Positions 44,741 through 54,261 of a DNA stretch of 64,000 bases are shown in pieces. Source of the DNA: Alphaproteobacteria bacterium (GTDB lineage Bacteria > Pseudomonadota > Alphaproteobacteria > UBA9219 > RGZA01); contig JAKFVN010000016.1 in assembly GCA_021732145.1 (NCBI GenBank), positions 8,457-72,456 of the forward strand. Direction: 5' to 3'. Below the pieces are notes generated by a model. It was not told the DNA's origin, made no database searches, and saw only the letters and a program-made list of their open reading frames with translations. The position numbers were made by a program, and so were the translations under genes. Positions within the stretch are counted from its first letter, which is position 1, and every line of letters begins with the position of its first letter.

Positions 44741-46261
44741 CTAGTTTAAATTAATGAGTACTGTTTTCTTTTTAGTGAAATGCTCCAGCATCGCTTCCAG
44801 TGTTGCTTCCTTGCCAATGCCGGATTGCTTGAACCCGCCATAGGAAAGGCCCGGCTGCACCACCACATTCTGGTTCACCTGCACAAAGCCTGCCTCCAGC
44901 TTGTGCGCGGCGTCCATTGCCGTTTTCAAATCTTTCGTCCAGATCGTTGCGGCTAAACCATATTCGCTGTCATTGGCGGCCGCCAATACATCGGCGTAAG
45001 TCTTGAATTTGATGATACAGGTCACGGGCCCAAAGATTTCTTCACGTGCCAGTTTGCTGTTGTTATCGAGACCCACAAATAAAACCGGCTGGATATAAAA
45101 ACCATCTTTCAACTTCGCATCAGATGGCAGCGTTGAACAACGCACGGCTTTTGCGCCAGCTGTTTTTTCGCCTATGGCGATATAGTTTTTTACCTTTTCA
45201 AATTGGCCCGGTGAAATCACCGTACCAATATCGGTTGCTTCATCAAACGGGTCGCCCATCTTCATGGCATCAACCTTGGCCTTCAGTTTTTCAACGAAGG
45301 CATCATGGATGCTTTCATGCACGAACATGCGGCTGGCAGCCGTGCAGCTTTGGCCGCAGCGCGTGAAACGCATGCCATTGGCCGCGCCATCAACAGCCCT
45401 GTCCAAGTCAGCGTCCTGCATAATAATCATCGGGCTTTTACCGCCCAGTTCCATCGTCGCGGTCGCCATGCGTTCAGCCGCATATTTGTAAACGATTTTT
45501 CCGGTTTCAACGGAACCCGTGAAGCTGACCTTGCCCACATCCTTATGCTGCGCCAATGGCGCGCCGCATTCGGGGCCCATGCCAGACAGCATATTGAAAA
45601 CACCCGGCGGCAAAATTTGTCCGCAGAGTTGCGCGATGCGCAATACCGCCAGCGGCGCTTCTTCCGCTGACTTCACCACCACCGCATTTCCTGCCACCAG
45701 TGCCGGGCAGACTTTTAATGACAAGAGCATCATCGGCACGTTCCACGGAATAATTGCGCCAACAATCCCCACCGGTTCGCGGATGGTCATCACCAGCATG
45801 TCGGATTTATGCGGAACCGTTTCGCCTTTTATTTCGCTGCCCAAGCCGCCGAACATTTCAAACGCATCGGTCAAAACCTTGCTTTCAGGGCGGCATTCGG
45901 TGCGTAGCGCCTTGCCTGTTTCCAGACAGACGAGGCGCGCCAATTCTTCCGCATGCAATTCCAGCAACCGCCCGCATTCGGAAACCATGCGCCCGCGTTC
46001 ACGCGGTGTAAGTTTTGCCCATTCTTTTTGTGCGGCCTTGGCGGCTTTTACGGCTGCATCCACATCCGCTGCTTCGCCAAAGGCTGCCTTGGCCACCACC
46101 TGTCGCGTGGCGGGTGACACCACATCAAATGTTTTCCCCGAAACGCTGCCCACCAATTGGCCGTTTACATAATTTTTGCCCGAAAGGCTTTGCGCCAGCG
46201 CGGCCGCATCCAGATTAACATTAAGGCGTTGCGGGGATTGGGCAGATGCGGCAAGCGACAT
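44741..46261 (-). CDS. NAD(P)-dependent aldehyde dehydrogenase
   Basis: IIPWNVPMM, VVVKSAEEAPL, FTGSVETGK, ELGGKSP (catalytic Glu), RCGQSCTAASR (catalytic Cys), EEIFGPV. Confidence 0.9.
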   Translation of the reverse strand: MSLAASAQSPQRLNVNLDAAALAQSLSGKNYVNGQLVGSVSGKTFDVVSPATRQVVAKAAFGEAADVDAAVKAAKAAQKEWAKLTPRERGRMVSECGRLLELHAEELARLVCLETGKALRTECRPESKVLTDAFEMFGGLGSEIKGETVPHKSDMLVMTIREPVGIVGAIIPWNVPMMLLSLKVCPALVAGNAVVVKSAEEAPLAVLRIAQLCGQILPPGVFNMLSGMGPECGAPLAQHKDVGKVSFTGSVETGKIVYKYAAERMATATMELGGKSPMIIMQDADLDRAVDGAANGMRFTRCGQSCTAASRMFVHESIHDAFVEKLKAKVDAMKMGDPFDEATDIGTVISPGQFEKVKNYIAIGEKTAGAKAVRCSTLPSDAKLKDGFYIQPVLFVGLDNNSKLAREEIFGPVTCIIKFKTYADVLAAANDSEYGLAATIWTKDLKTAMDAAHKLEAGFVQVNQNVVVQPGLSYGGFKQSGIGKEATLEAMLEHFTKKKTVLINLN

Positions 46262-46372
46262 GAAAACTCCTTAACTATGGGGAAAGCTTAAGAATAATAA
46301 GCCGCCACATGCATTAAATCCATGTTGAAAGTATTGGCGGATTGACAGATTCCCGCCTTTATTGTTGGCTTA

Positions 46373-46441
46373 ATTCGCCCGAGCGGTTGTGCCATTCAAC
46401 AGGGCTGGTTGTGCGAAAGGCACAAAAGCAGCGAATGGCGA
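46373..46441. repeat. GGTTG-hairpin repeat copy
   Basis: ATTCGCCCGAGCGGTTGTGCC...CAGGGCTGGTTGTGC-GAAAG-GCACAAAAGCAGCGAATGGCGA; outer TTCGC/GCGAA and inner TTGTGC/GCACAA pairings. Confidence 0.75.
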
Positions 46442-46462
46442 TTTTTTTAAAAAGGATTTTTT

Positions 46463-47254
46463 ATGATTATTGGTAACCGTGAAATGGCGCATGCGCCGCT
46501 GATTATCCAAAGCTACAAAACCATTCCGGCAAGACAAGTTGCTAAACTGATTGAGCTGATTGCCAATGACCCGCGCCGTTTGGATTTAAATGGCGAGATT
46601 GGCGAATTTGCCATCCGCGAAGAACATTTCAAGGCTGCCGGTATCACTGCCGATGAAACCACCCGTCAGGCATTATACGGTAAAGTGCAAACGCTGGTCG
46701 AAGTGATTGATGTCACGGGATTGCAGGTTTTCAATTTATCGAAGCAAGGATTGAATGCGGATGAAGTAAAACTCGCTGCCATTCAAAACGAAGTATTTGA
46801 GCAGCGCGATGTGGTGGCAAAAGATGTCACCGCTGATAAAATAAATTATCATACCCATTTGCCGCTGGTGATTGACCCGCCAAATCACGGCTGGAAATCG
46901 GAAGCGCTTCCTGCTGATTGGGCGATGGTCACTGTTGCATTCCCTGCGATTAAAACCGTGCAGGTCGAATGGGGCGAAACACGCAAGGAAACCGTGACTA
47001 TTCCTGCCACCGCGCATCCAAGTGGTTTGTTCTTTTCCTATGCATCCGCTGGTCATTTGATGAAGTTCGTGCGCGACCCGGAAGTGAAAGCAACGCAGCT
47101 GGTGTTCGGTTATGTGGGCGTTGAACCGCTTCGTGAAACACCGCGCGGTGAAGTTCGCCGCGGACTTGGTGCGTTCCATGGCCCTAAAGATCCAAAAGAC
47201 AAAATCCGCAAAGCCATTCCAACCGCCAGCGCGCCTCCTGGTGGTAGTCTGTAA
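46463..47254 (+). CDS. Hypothetical protein (263 aa)
   Basis: Balanced composition, whereas the antisense 235-aa ORF is Arg/Cys/His/Phe-rich and looks spurious. I recognise no domain. Flanked on both sides by repeat copies. Confidence 0.55.
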   Translation: MIIGNREMAHAPLIIQSYKTIPARQVAKLIELIANDPRRLDLNGEIGEFAIREEHFKAAGITADETTRQALYGKVQTLVEVIDVTGLQVFNLSKQGLNADEVKLAAIQNEVFEQRDVVAKDVTADKINYHTHLPLVIDPPNHGWKSEALPADWAMVTVAFPAIKTVQVEWGETRKETVTIPATAHPSGLFFSYASAGHLMKFVRDPEVKATQLVFGYVGVEPLRETPRGEVRRGLGAFHGPKDPKDKIRKAIPTASAPPGGSL

Positions 47255-47275
47255 GCGGCAGCTTATAAACACTGG

Positions 47276-47360
47276 CTTCGCCCGAGCGGTTGCGACGCTT
47301 TTAGCAGGGCCGGTTGCGCCCAATTCTTCTTTGGGCGCAAAGGCATCGCTACTAAAAGCA
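47276..47360. repeat. GGTTG-hairpin repeat copy (nested palindromes)
   Basis: CTTCGCCCGAGCGGTTGCGACGCTTTTAGCAGGGCCGGTTGCGCCC-AATTCTTCTTT-GGGCGCAAAGGCATCGCTACTAAAAGC; stems TTGCGCCC/GGGCGCAA and GCTTTTAG/CTAAAAGC. Confidence 0.8.
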
Positions 47361-47435
47361 AATGTCACTTGAGCGTCATGGTTTCGCCTTATACCGTGGT
47401 CATACTGGTTGTATTGCTTTTGATGACAAACGCTG

Positions 47436-48179
47436 ATGCCCACCCATACTTATATTGAAGCGCCAATTTCAACACCTTTTCTTGTCGTGTGCGATCACGC
47501 AAGCGCTGCATTGCCCGAAGAATTCGGGCCGAATGCCATCAGCGCGCAGGATGCCATGCGCCACATCAGCCACGATATTGGCGCAGCCGAATTGACGCAG
47601 CTGCTTGGTGCGCATTTACCCGCGCATACCTTTACCGCAAAAATTTCCCGTCTGGTGGTTGATTTAAACCGCGCCGCCGAATGCGGCGATGTGATACCGG
47701 AGATTTCTGATGGCACCCATTTGCCGTTCAACACGAATTTATCGGAAGTTGAGCGCAGCATCCGCTTGATGCGCTACCACCTTCCCTATCATCTTGCGCT
47801 GGCTGCGATTACCAAGGCGCATCATGATAAGCATGCTGAAAAATCACTGGGCATTTTGGTGCACAGCTTCACGCCGTGCCTGACCTGCATCGACAACCCG
47901 CGCCCATGGCATGTTGGCTTGCTATGGCGCGATGATGAATATACTGCGCAGCGTTTGAAATTATGGTTTGAAAAACATACTGATTATGTGGTGGGCGATA
48001 ACGAGCCTTATACCGCGTTTTCCGATGCCAGCTATACGATGCGTAAGCATTTTGGTGACTTTAATATGTCGCACATCGCGATTGAAATCCGCCAAGATTT
48101 AATCGGCGATAAGGAAGGCCAAGAGAAGATGGCCAAGGTATTAGCTGAAGCTTTCAAGGCCGTACAATTACAGCAGTAG
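47436..48179 (+). CDS. N-formylglutamate amidohydrolase family protein
   Basis: PFLVVCDHAS..., ISRLVVDLNR, YHLPYH, VHSFTP and IEIRQDL fit the FGase (PF05013) pattern. Confidence 0.75.
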   Translation: MPTHTYIEAPISTPFLVVCDHASAALPEEFGPNAISAQDAMRHISHDIGAAELTQLLGAHLPAHTFTAKISRLVVDLNRAAECGDVIPEISDGTHLPFNTNLSEVERSIRLMRYHLPYHLALAAITKAHHDKHAEKSLGILVHSFTPCLTCIDNPRPWHVGLLWRDDEYTAQRLKLWFEKHTDYVVGDNEPYTAFSDASYTMRKHFGDFNMSHIAIEIRQDLIGDKEGQEKMAKVLAEAFKAVQLQQ

Positions 48180-48216
48180 CGCAGGGCTGGTTGTGCCGAA
48201 GGCACAGAGGCATCGC
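48178..48216. repeat. GGTTG-hairpin repeat copy overlapping the stop codon of 47436-48179
   Basis: AGCGCAGGGCTGGTTGTGCC-GAA-GGCACAGAGGCATCGC. Confidence 0.75.
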
Positions 48217-48230
48217 GCCAAAAATACCTA

Positions 48231-48270
48231 TAAAAAAAGGCCGCCCCCAGTTTAAAACTAAGTAGCGGCC
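48231..48270 (-). terminator. Probable atpA terminator
   Basis: GGCCGC/GCGGCC outer stem (48239-44 / 48265-70) with inner AGTTT/AAACT pairing. On the minus strand it is followed by TTTTTTT. Confidence 0.55.
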
Positions 48271-48294
48271 TTTTCTCAACAACGTTTTTGCATC

Positions 48295-49833
<1,539 letters not shown>

Positions 49834-49862
49834 TGGTGTCTTCTTCCTCTTTTATAAAATAA

Positions 49863-50450
49863 TTAAGCGGCTCTATTCGCCTTTAATACTTGTGATAATT
49901 TTTGCAGCTTGCCCTTGATGGTACCGTCATAAAGGGATGAACCAATTTGCACCATCATGCCGCCCAGAACCGAGCTATCCACTTTCGATGCAATCACAAT
50001 CTTCTTCACGCCCTTGGCTGACAGGCTGTTTTGCAGCGCGCTGGCAATCATTTCCTTTTGCGCATCGGTCAGCGCATGCGCTGCCGTTACTTCGGCAACC
50101 ACTTCGCCGCGTGCCTGCGCAACAATGTTCAGGAATGCCTGAATAACGGTTGGAATGGCAGCCGCGCGGCCATTCTTCACAACCACGTGGAAAAATTGTT
50201 GGGCAAGACCAGAGATGTGGGCTTTTGCGAATAACGCATCGAGACCTTTTACAACCACATCACGGCGCAATAACGGGCTGGTGATGAAGCGCATCAATTC
50301 TGCGCTGGAATTCAACAAACCCTGGAATGCGCGTAATTCTTTTTCGACCATCGGCAATTGGCTGCGCTCGCTCGCGAGCAGGTACAGCGCGTTGGCATAA
50401 CGGGTGGCAACAACAGAAAGTGGTTTTCCTGAAAAAGTCGCGTCAGTCAC
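49863..50450 (-). CDS. atpH: F1 ATP synthase delta (OSCP) subunit
   Basis: VATRYANALYLLA near the N-terminus, VDSSVLGGMMVQIGSSLYDGTIKGKL at the C-terminus. Start is uncertain: the GTG at 50450 gives a typical ~195-aa protein; ATG 50510 and the track start 50564 are alternatives. Confidence 0.8.
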   Translation of the reverse strand: MTDATFSGKPLSVVATRYANALYLLASERSQLPMVEKELRAFQGLLNSSAELMRFITSPLLRRDVVVKGLDALFAKAHISGLAQQFFHVVVKNGRAAAIPTVIQAFLNIVAQARGEVVAEVTAAHALTDAQKEMIASALQNSLSAKGVKKIVIASKVDSSVLGGMMVQIGSSLYDGTIKGKLQKLSQVLKANRAA

Positions 50451-50586
50451 TGGCAGAGAACCTTTAGAAATAGGCAAAAGGAGGGATAAAAGACGGGGTG
50501 GATTTAGCATGGGGAACCCCCCAAGGCAACACCGAAAGAGGGGGTTAAAAAAGACCGCTCGCAAATCAGTTTAACATGCGTATAAC

Positions 50587-51720
50587 ATGGCATTAATGCC
50601 TCATTTTGCCTTTATCGACATTGCCGCAAATTATACCGGTTCCAGTCCGTTAACGGATGCCTTGGGCGGAACGCAGGCCGCCGTGTGTCACCTTGGCGCT
50701 GCCCTCGTTAAAAAGGGCGCATCAGTCACCCTGATTAATCAGAATCGTAATGCGGGTGTTTTTTCTGGTCTTACCTCCGTGCCGCCCGAAAAACTGGATG
50801 ACAGCGAAACCTTAAGCCAATTCGACGCGCTGATTATCAATGGGCGTTGGACAAAAAAGTTAGTCGAGACGCTGCGGAAAAAAACCGGCGCGCAAACTTC
50901 GCCCGAGCGGTTGTTCCGCGAAAGCGGAACAGAGCGAACGGCGAATACAAAGATTTTCGCATGGATGCATGAAGCAGCGTTTAACGACCCGTGGATTCTG
51001 CCGCTGCCGGATTTTGATGGTTTTGTGTTTGTAAGTAACTGGCAGAAACAAACCAACGCACCGCTCATTCCGGCGAACGCGAAAGTTGCGGTGATTGCCA
51101 ACGGCATTGAGCCTGCATTTCACTCACTATTCAGCGGTGCTATCCTGGCCGATAAAGCGCCAATAGCGATCTATGCGGGCAGCACCAAGCGCGGCTTGCA
51201 ATATTTGCCAACCATTATTCCAGCGCTGAAAAAGCAAATTCCTGAATTGAGTTTTGAGGTTTATTCCGATTGCAATGTCGATAATGACCCGACCGCGCAA
51301 TTGCAAATGCGCTTTGAATTATTGGGGTTGCCAGGCGTCACGCATGTCGACGCGGTGCCGCAAAAGGATTTGCCCGCCAAATTCAAACGCGCATCATGGT
51401 TTCTCTCGCCCAATCCGTACCCTGAAACATTCTGCATTTGCCTGGCGGAGGCGATGGGGGCTGGGTGCGTTCCCATTATCACCGCGCGCGCGGCACTGCC
51501 CGAAACCGCGCATGGTTTTGGCGCGCAGTTGCCCGTTTCAAATGCCAATAGCGTGAACATGGAAAGTACTTCAGTCGACGTAAACGCATTCATTCAACTG
51601 GCGGCGGAAACCATCAAGCTGCCGCGTGATGAAGCGCAGCTAAAAGCGCAAGTCGATTATGTGAATGCCCATTACAATTGGGATAAACATGCCGCTAGCT
51701 GGCTTGCTTTTCTAGGCTAA
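50587..51720 (+). CDS. Glycosyltransferase (GT-B fold, GT4-like) carrying an in-frame repeat insertion
   Basis: N-terminal GGTQAAVCHLGAAL (GG-x motif of GT4 enzymes), C-terminal ETFCICLAEAMGAGCVPI (E-x7-E-like region). Its 3' end overlaps ugd by 26 nt (convergent). Confidence 0.6.
   Translation: MALMPHFAFIDIAANYTGSSPLTDALGGTQAAVCHLGAALVKKGASVTLINQNRNAGVFSGLTSVPPEKLDDSETLSQFDALIINGRWTKKLVETLRKKTGAQTSPERLFRESGTERTANTKIFAWMHEAAFNDPWILPLPDFDGFVFVSNWQKQTNAPLIPANAKVAVIANGIEPAFHSLFSGAILADKAPIAIYAGSTKRGLQYLPTIIPALKKQIPELSFEVYSDCNVDNDPTAQLQMRFELLGLPGVTHVDAVPQKDLPAKFKRASWFLSPNPYPETFCICLAEAMGAGCVPIITARAALPETAHGFGAQLPVSNANSVNMESTSVDVNAFIQLAAETIKLPRDEAQLKAQVDYVNAHYNWDKHAASWLAFLG
50897..50946. repeat. GGTTG-hairpin repeat copy, in frame inside the glycosyltransferase gene
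   Basis: CTTCGCCCGAGCGGTTGTTCCGC-GAAA-GCGGAACAGAGCGAACGGCGAA; 8-bp stem with GAAA loop. It translates to TSPERLFRESGTERTAN in the same frame as the rluB and J-protein copies. Confidence 0.8.
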
Positions 51721-53101
51721 TCTCTTCGTCCGCTTCATCATCGACAAGACCCAGATTATGAATGGCCGCCAGCGCGTTTTGCGGTTTGCTTTTCATCTCG
51801 CTCTCGCCAATGCGGGTATATTGCAAACCGGCATCGCGCATGTCTTCGGGCTTATAGACATTGCGCAAATCGACGAGGATTTTGTGGTTTAACAATGCGG
51901 CAATTTTTTCGGCTTCCAACCCGCGGAATTCATTCCATTCGGTGATGAGCACTGCAGCATCACTGCCCGTTAGCGCATCATAAGCATCCTTGCACCATGT
52001 AATATCGGGCAGCATCGCTGCCGCTTCCTTCATGCCAGCCGGATCATAGGCGCGAAGTTTCGCGCCTGCTTGTTGCAGCAAGGGAAGAATATCGAGGCTT
52101 GGCGCATCGCGCATATCATCGGTGTTGGGCTTAAACGTCACGCCCAGCACGGCAATGGTTTTACCTTTTACGTCATTACCGCATGCGGCAATCACGCGTT
52201 GCGCCATTTGTTTTTTGCGCTTCGTGTTTACATCGACCACTGTTTCAACAATGCGCAGCGGCGAATTGTTTTCCTGGCCCGTGCGCATTAATGCGAGTGT
52301 ATCTTTTGGAAAACATGAACCGCCAAAGCCGGGGCCCGCATGCAAAAATTTTCGGCCAATGCGGCCATCAAGCCCAATTGCGCGCGCCACATCCTGCACA
52401 TCCGCGCCGGTCTTCTCGCACAAATCCGCAATCTCGTTGATAAACGTAATCTTGGTGGCAAGGAATGCGTTGGCGGCATATTTCGCCAGCTCCGCTGTTT
52501 CCAGATCGCACATGACAACCGGCGTTTCAATGAGATACAGCGGGCGGTAGATGCTTTTCAAAATCGCTTCCGCGCGCTTGCTGTGCGTGCCAATCACCAC
52601 GCGGTCGGGGCGCATAAAATCGCCAATTGCCGAACCTTCGCGCAGGAATTCCGGGTTGGATGCCACATCGAACATATCACGCGGCACCAGCTTGCCGATG
52701 ATGCTTTCAACTTCACGGCCTGTGCCAACGGGCACGGTCGATTTGGTGACGACCACCGTATATTCTTTGATATGCGCTGCGATGTCTTTGGCGGCATCAT
52801 AAACATACGTCAAATCCGCATGGCCATCGCCGCGGCGCGACGGCGTGCCCACCGCAATAAACACCGCTTCCGCGCCGTGCATCGCTGCGGCTAAATCGGT
52901 TGTGAAGGAAAGCGTTTGGCGCACAGAATTCTTGCGCACCAATTCATCAAGGCCGGGTTCATAAATGGGGATTTCGCCGTTTTGCAGACGCGCGATTTTG
53001 CCTGCGTCTTTATCAACGCAAACCACTTCCATGCCGAATTCGGCAAAGCAGGCGCCGGAAACCAGCCCTACATATCCTGTGCCAAGCATTACAATGCGCA
53101 T
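51695..53101 (-). CDS. ugd: UDP-glucose 6-dehydrogenase
   Basis: MRIVMLGTGYVGLVSGACFAE (Rossmann), NPEFLREGSAI, GFGGSCFPKD (catalytic Cys), GVTFKPNTDDMRDAPS. Confidence 0.93.
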   Translation of the reverse strand: MRIVMLGTGYVGLVSGACFAEFGMEVVCVDKDAGKIARLQNGEIPIYEPGLDELVRKNSVRQTLSFTTDLAAAMHGAEAVFIAVGTPSRRGDGHADLTYVYDAAKDIAAHIKEYTVVVTKSTVPVGTGREVESIIGKLVPRDMFDVASNPEFLREGSAIGDFMRPDRVVIGTHSKRAEAILKSIYRPLYLIETPVVMCDLETAELAKYAANAFLATKITFINEIADLCEKTGADVQDVARAIGLDGRIGRKFLHAGPGFGGSCFPKDTLALMRTGQENNSPLRIVETVVDVNTKRKKQMAQRVIAACGNDVKGKTIAVLGVTFKPNTDDMRDAPSLDILPLLQQAGAKLRAYDPAGMKEAAAMLPDITWCKDAYDALTGSDAAVLITEWNEFRGLEAEKIAALLNHKILVDLRNVYKPEDMRDAGLQYTRIGESEMKSKPQNALAAIHNLGLVDDEADEEISLEKQAS

Positions 53102-53292
53102 TAATAACCTGAAAATTCGCCTTGATTTTTACTTTGGTTTTTTCTTTGCTTTTGGTTAATTTACCAAGATGCCCACGCACTATAGCGGCATTTGGGCGCT
53201 TTTAATACTCGCTTTATTTAGTTTCGCGTTTTTAAGTTACAGTTGAACTATAAGAAATAAAAAGAAGTTTTTGCTTTTAGGATATTTAAATA

Positions 53293-53757
53293 ATGCGACC
53301 AACGATGCAGTCCCTGTTTTTTATGTATGAGCTCGTTAGCGCTGTCCGCTCCTCCGGAACAGAGACCGAAATCATCCATAAGAAAACGGCGAAGTCAAAA
53401 CAGCCGGAACGCCACACCGCCCCCCAATCCTACGATGAAATCCGCAACGTGTTCATGCGCGATTGCTCGGTATTGTCACCCGAACAATATATTGCGCGCG
53501 GCTTCATCATGGCTGACCGCCCGTTGTTCCTGGAATTCCAAAGCATGGATAGCGTGCATCAGGGCGAAATGGTGTTGCTTAACCCATCCGACATCATGTC
53601 GTTTGGTGGCACCACCAATGAAGGCGGCGTTTACATCACCACTTTTAGCGGCATGATTTTTGTCATGCCCGCAGAGCTCAAGGCGTTTGCCTTCGCGCAT
53701 GAATGGCACCGAAGTCATGGCCGCGCATTGCCAACTGTTAAAACAAAGGTTGCGTAA
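53293..53757 (+). CDS. Hypothetical protein (154 aa)
   Basis: First gene of a three-gene plus-strand unit, preceded by an AT-rich spacer. I recognise no domain. Confidence 0.45.
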   Translation: MRPTMQSLFFMYELVSAVRSSGTETEIIHKKTAKSKQPERHTAPQSYDEIRNVFMRDCSVLSPEQYIARGFIMADRPLFLEFQSMDSVHQGEMVLLNPSDIMSFGGTTNEGGVYITTFSGMIFVMPAELKAFAFAHEWHRSHGRALPTVKTKVA

Positions 53758-54167
53758 TGAAGCATCTTCAAAACAGCGCCAAGACCATTCTGGTATTTGA
53801 TGATGAAAAAACATTTGGCGCAACGAATGACGAACAATACCCGACCGCACCCGTTGAAACCGTGCCCGATCAATCTTTAGAAAATGAGAAAATTGTCCCC
53901 CCGCACTTTATAAATCCTTTGGGTGGAATTTTAAATTCGGCACTTGGCCTTATTTCAACAAGCAGCGAAATCCTGGGCGATGAAACCGATGCGTATGAAG
54001 ACCATCTTATTCCACTCACCGATGAGGAAGAGGATTATGATGATGGCAGCAATTTCGCGACCGCCATATCATTCCTGAACAGCATTGCTGACAGCCTGAA
54101 CGGCGAAAAAGACGAAGTGAAAGTGCCGCTGTTTTTATCGGCCTTTAAAAGCCGTTTCCTCGGTTAA
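53757..54167 (+). CDS. Hypothetical acidic protein (136 aa)
   Basis: ATGA overlap with the preceding ORF. Asp/Glu-rich (DEEEDYDDG). I recognise no domain. Confidence 0.45.
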   Translation: MKHLQNSAKTILVFDDEKTFGATNDEQYPTAPVETVPDQSLENEKIVPPHFINPLGGILNSALGLISTSSEILGDETDAYEDHLIPLTDEEEDYDDGSNFATAISFLNSIADSLNGEKDEVKVPLFLSAFKSRFLG

Positions 54168-54261
54168 CCCCGACTATATCCCCACTAAATAATGTGAAAG
54201 TTTTATGCTGGTTGAAAGTGAAGCCACGCGTTAAGCTTTGCCTTATATTTTAAGGATAGAC

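Noticed and set aside
46736-47443. 235-aa minus-strand ORF overlapping 46463-47254.
   Set aside because: Its composition is Arg/Cys/His/Phe-rich and atypical. The plus-strand ORF has balanced composition, an SD-like context, and is bracketed by the intergenic repeats.
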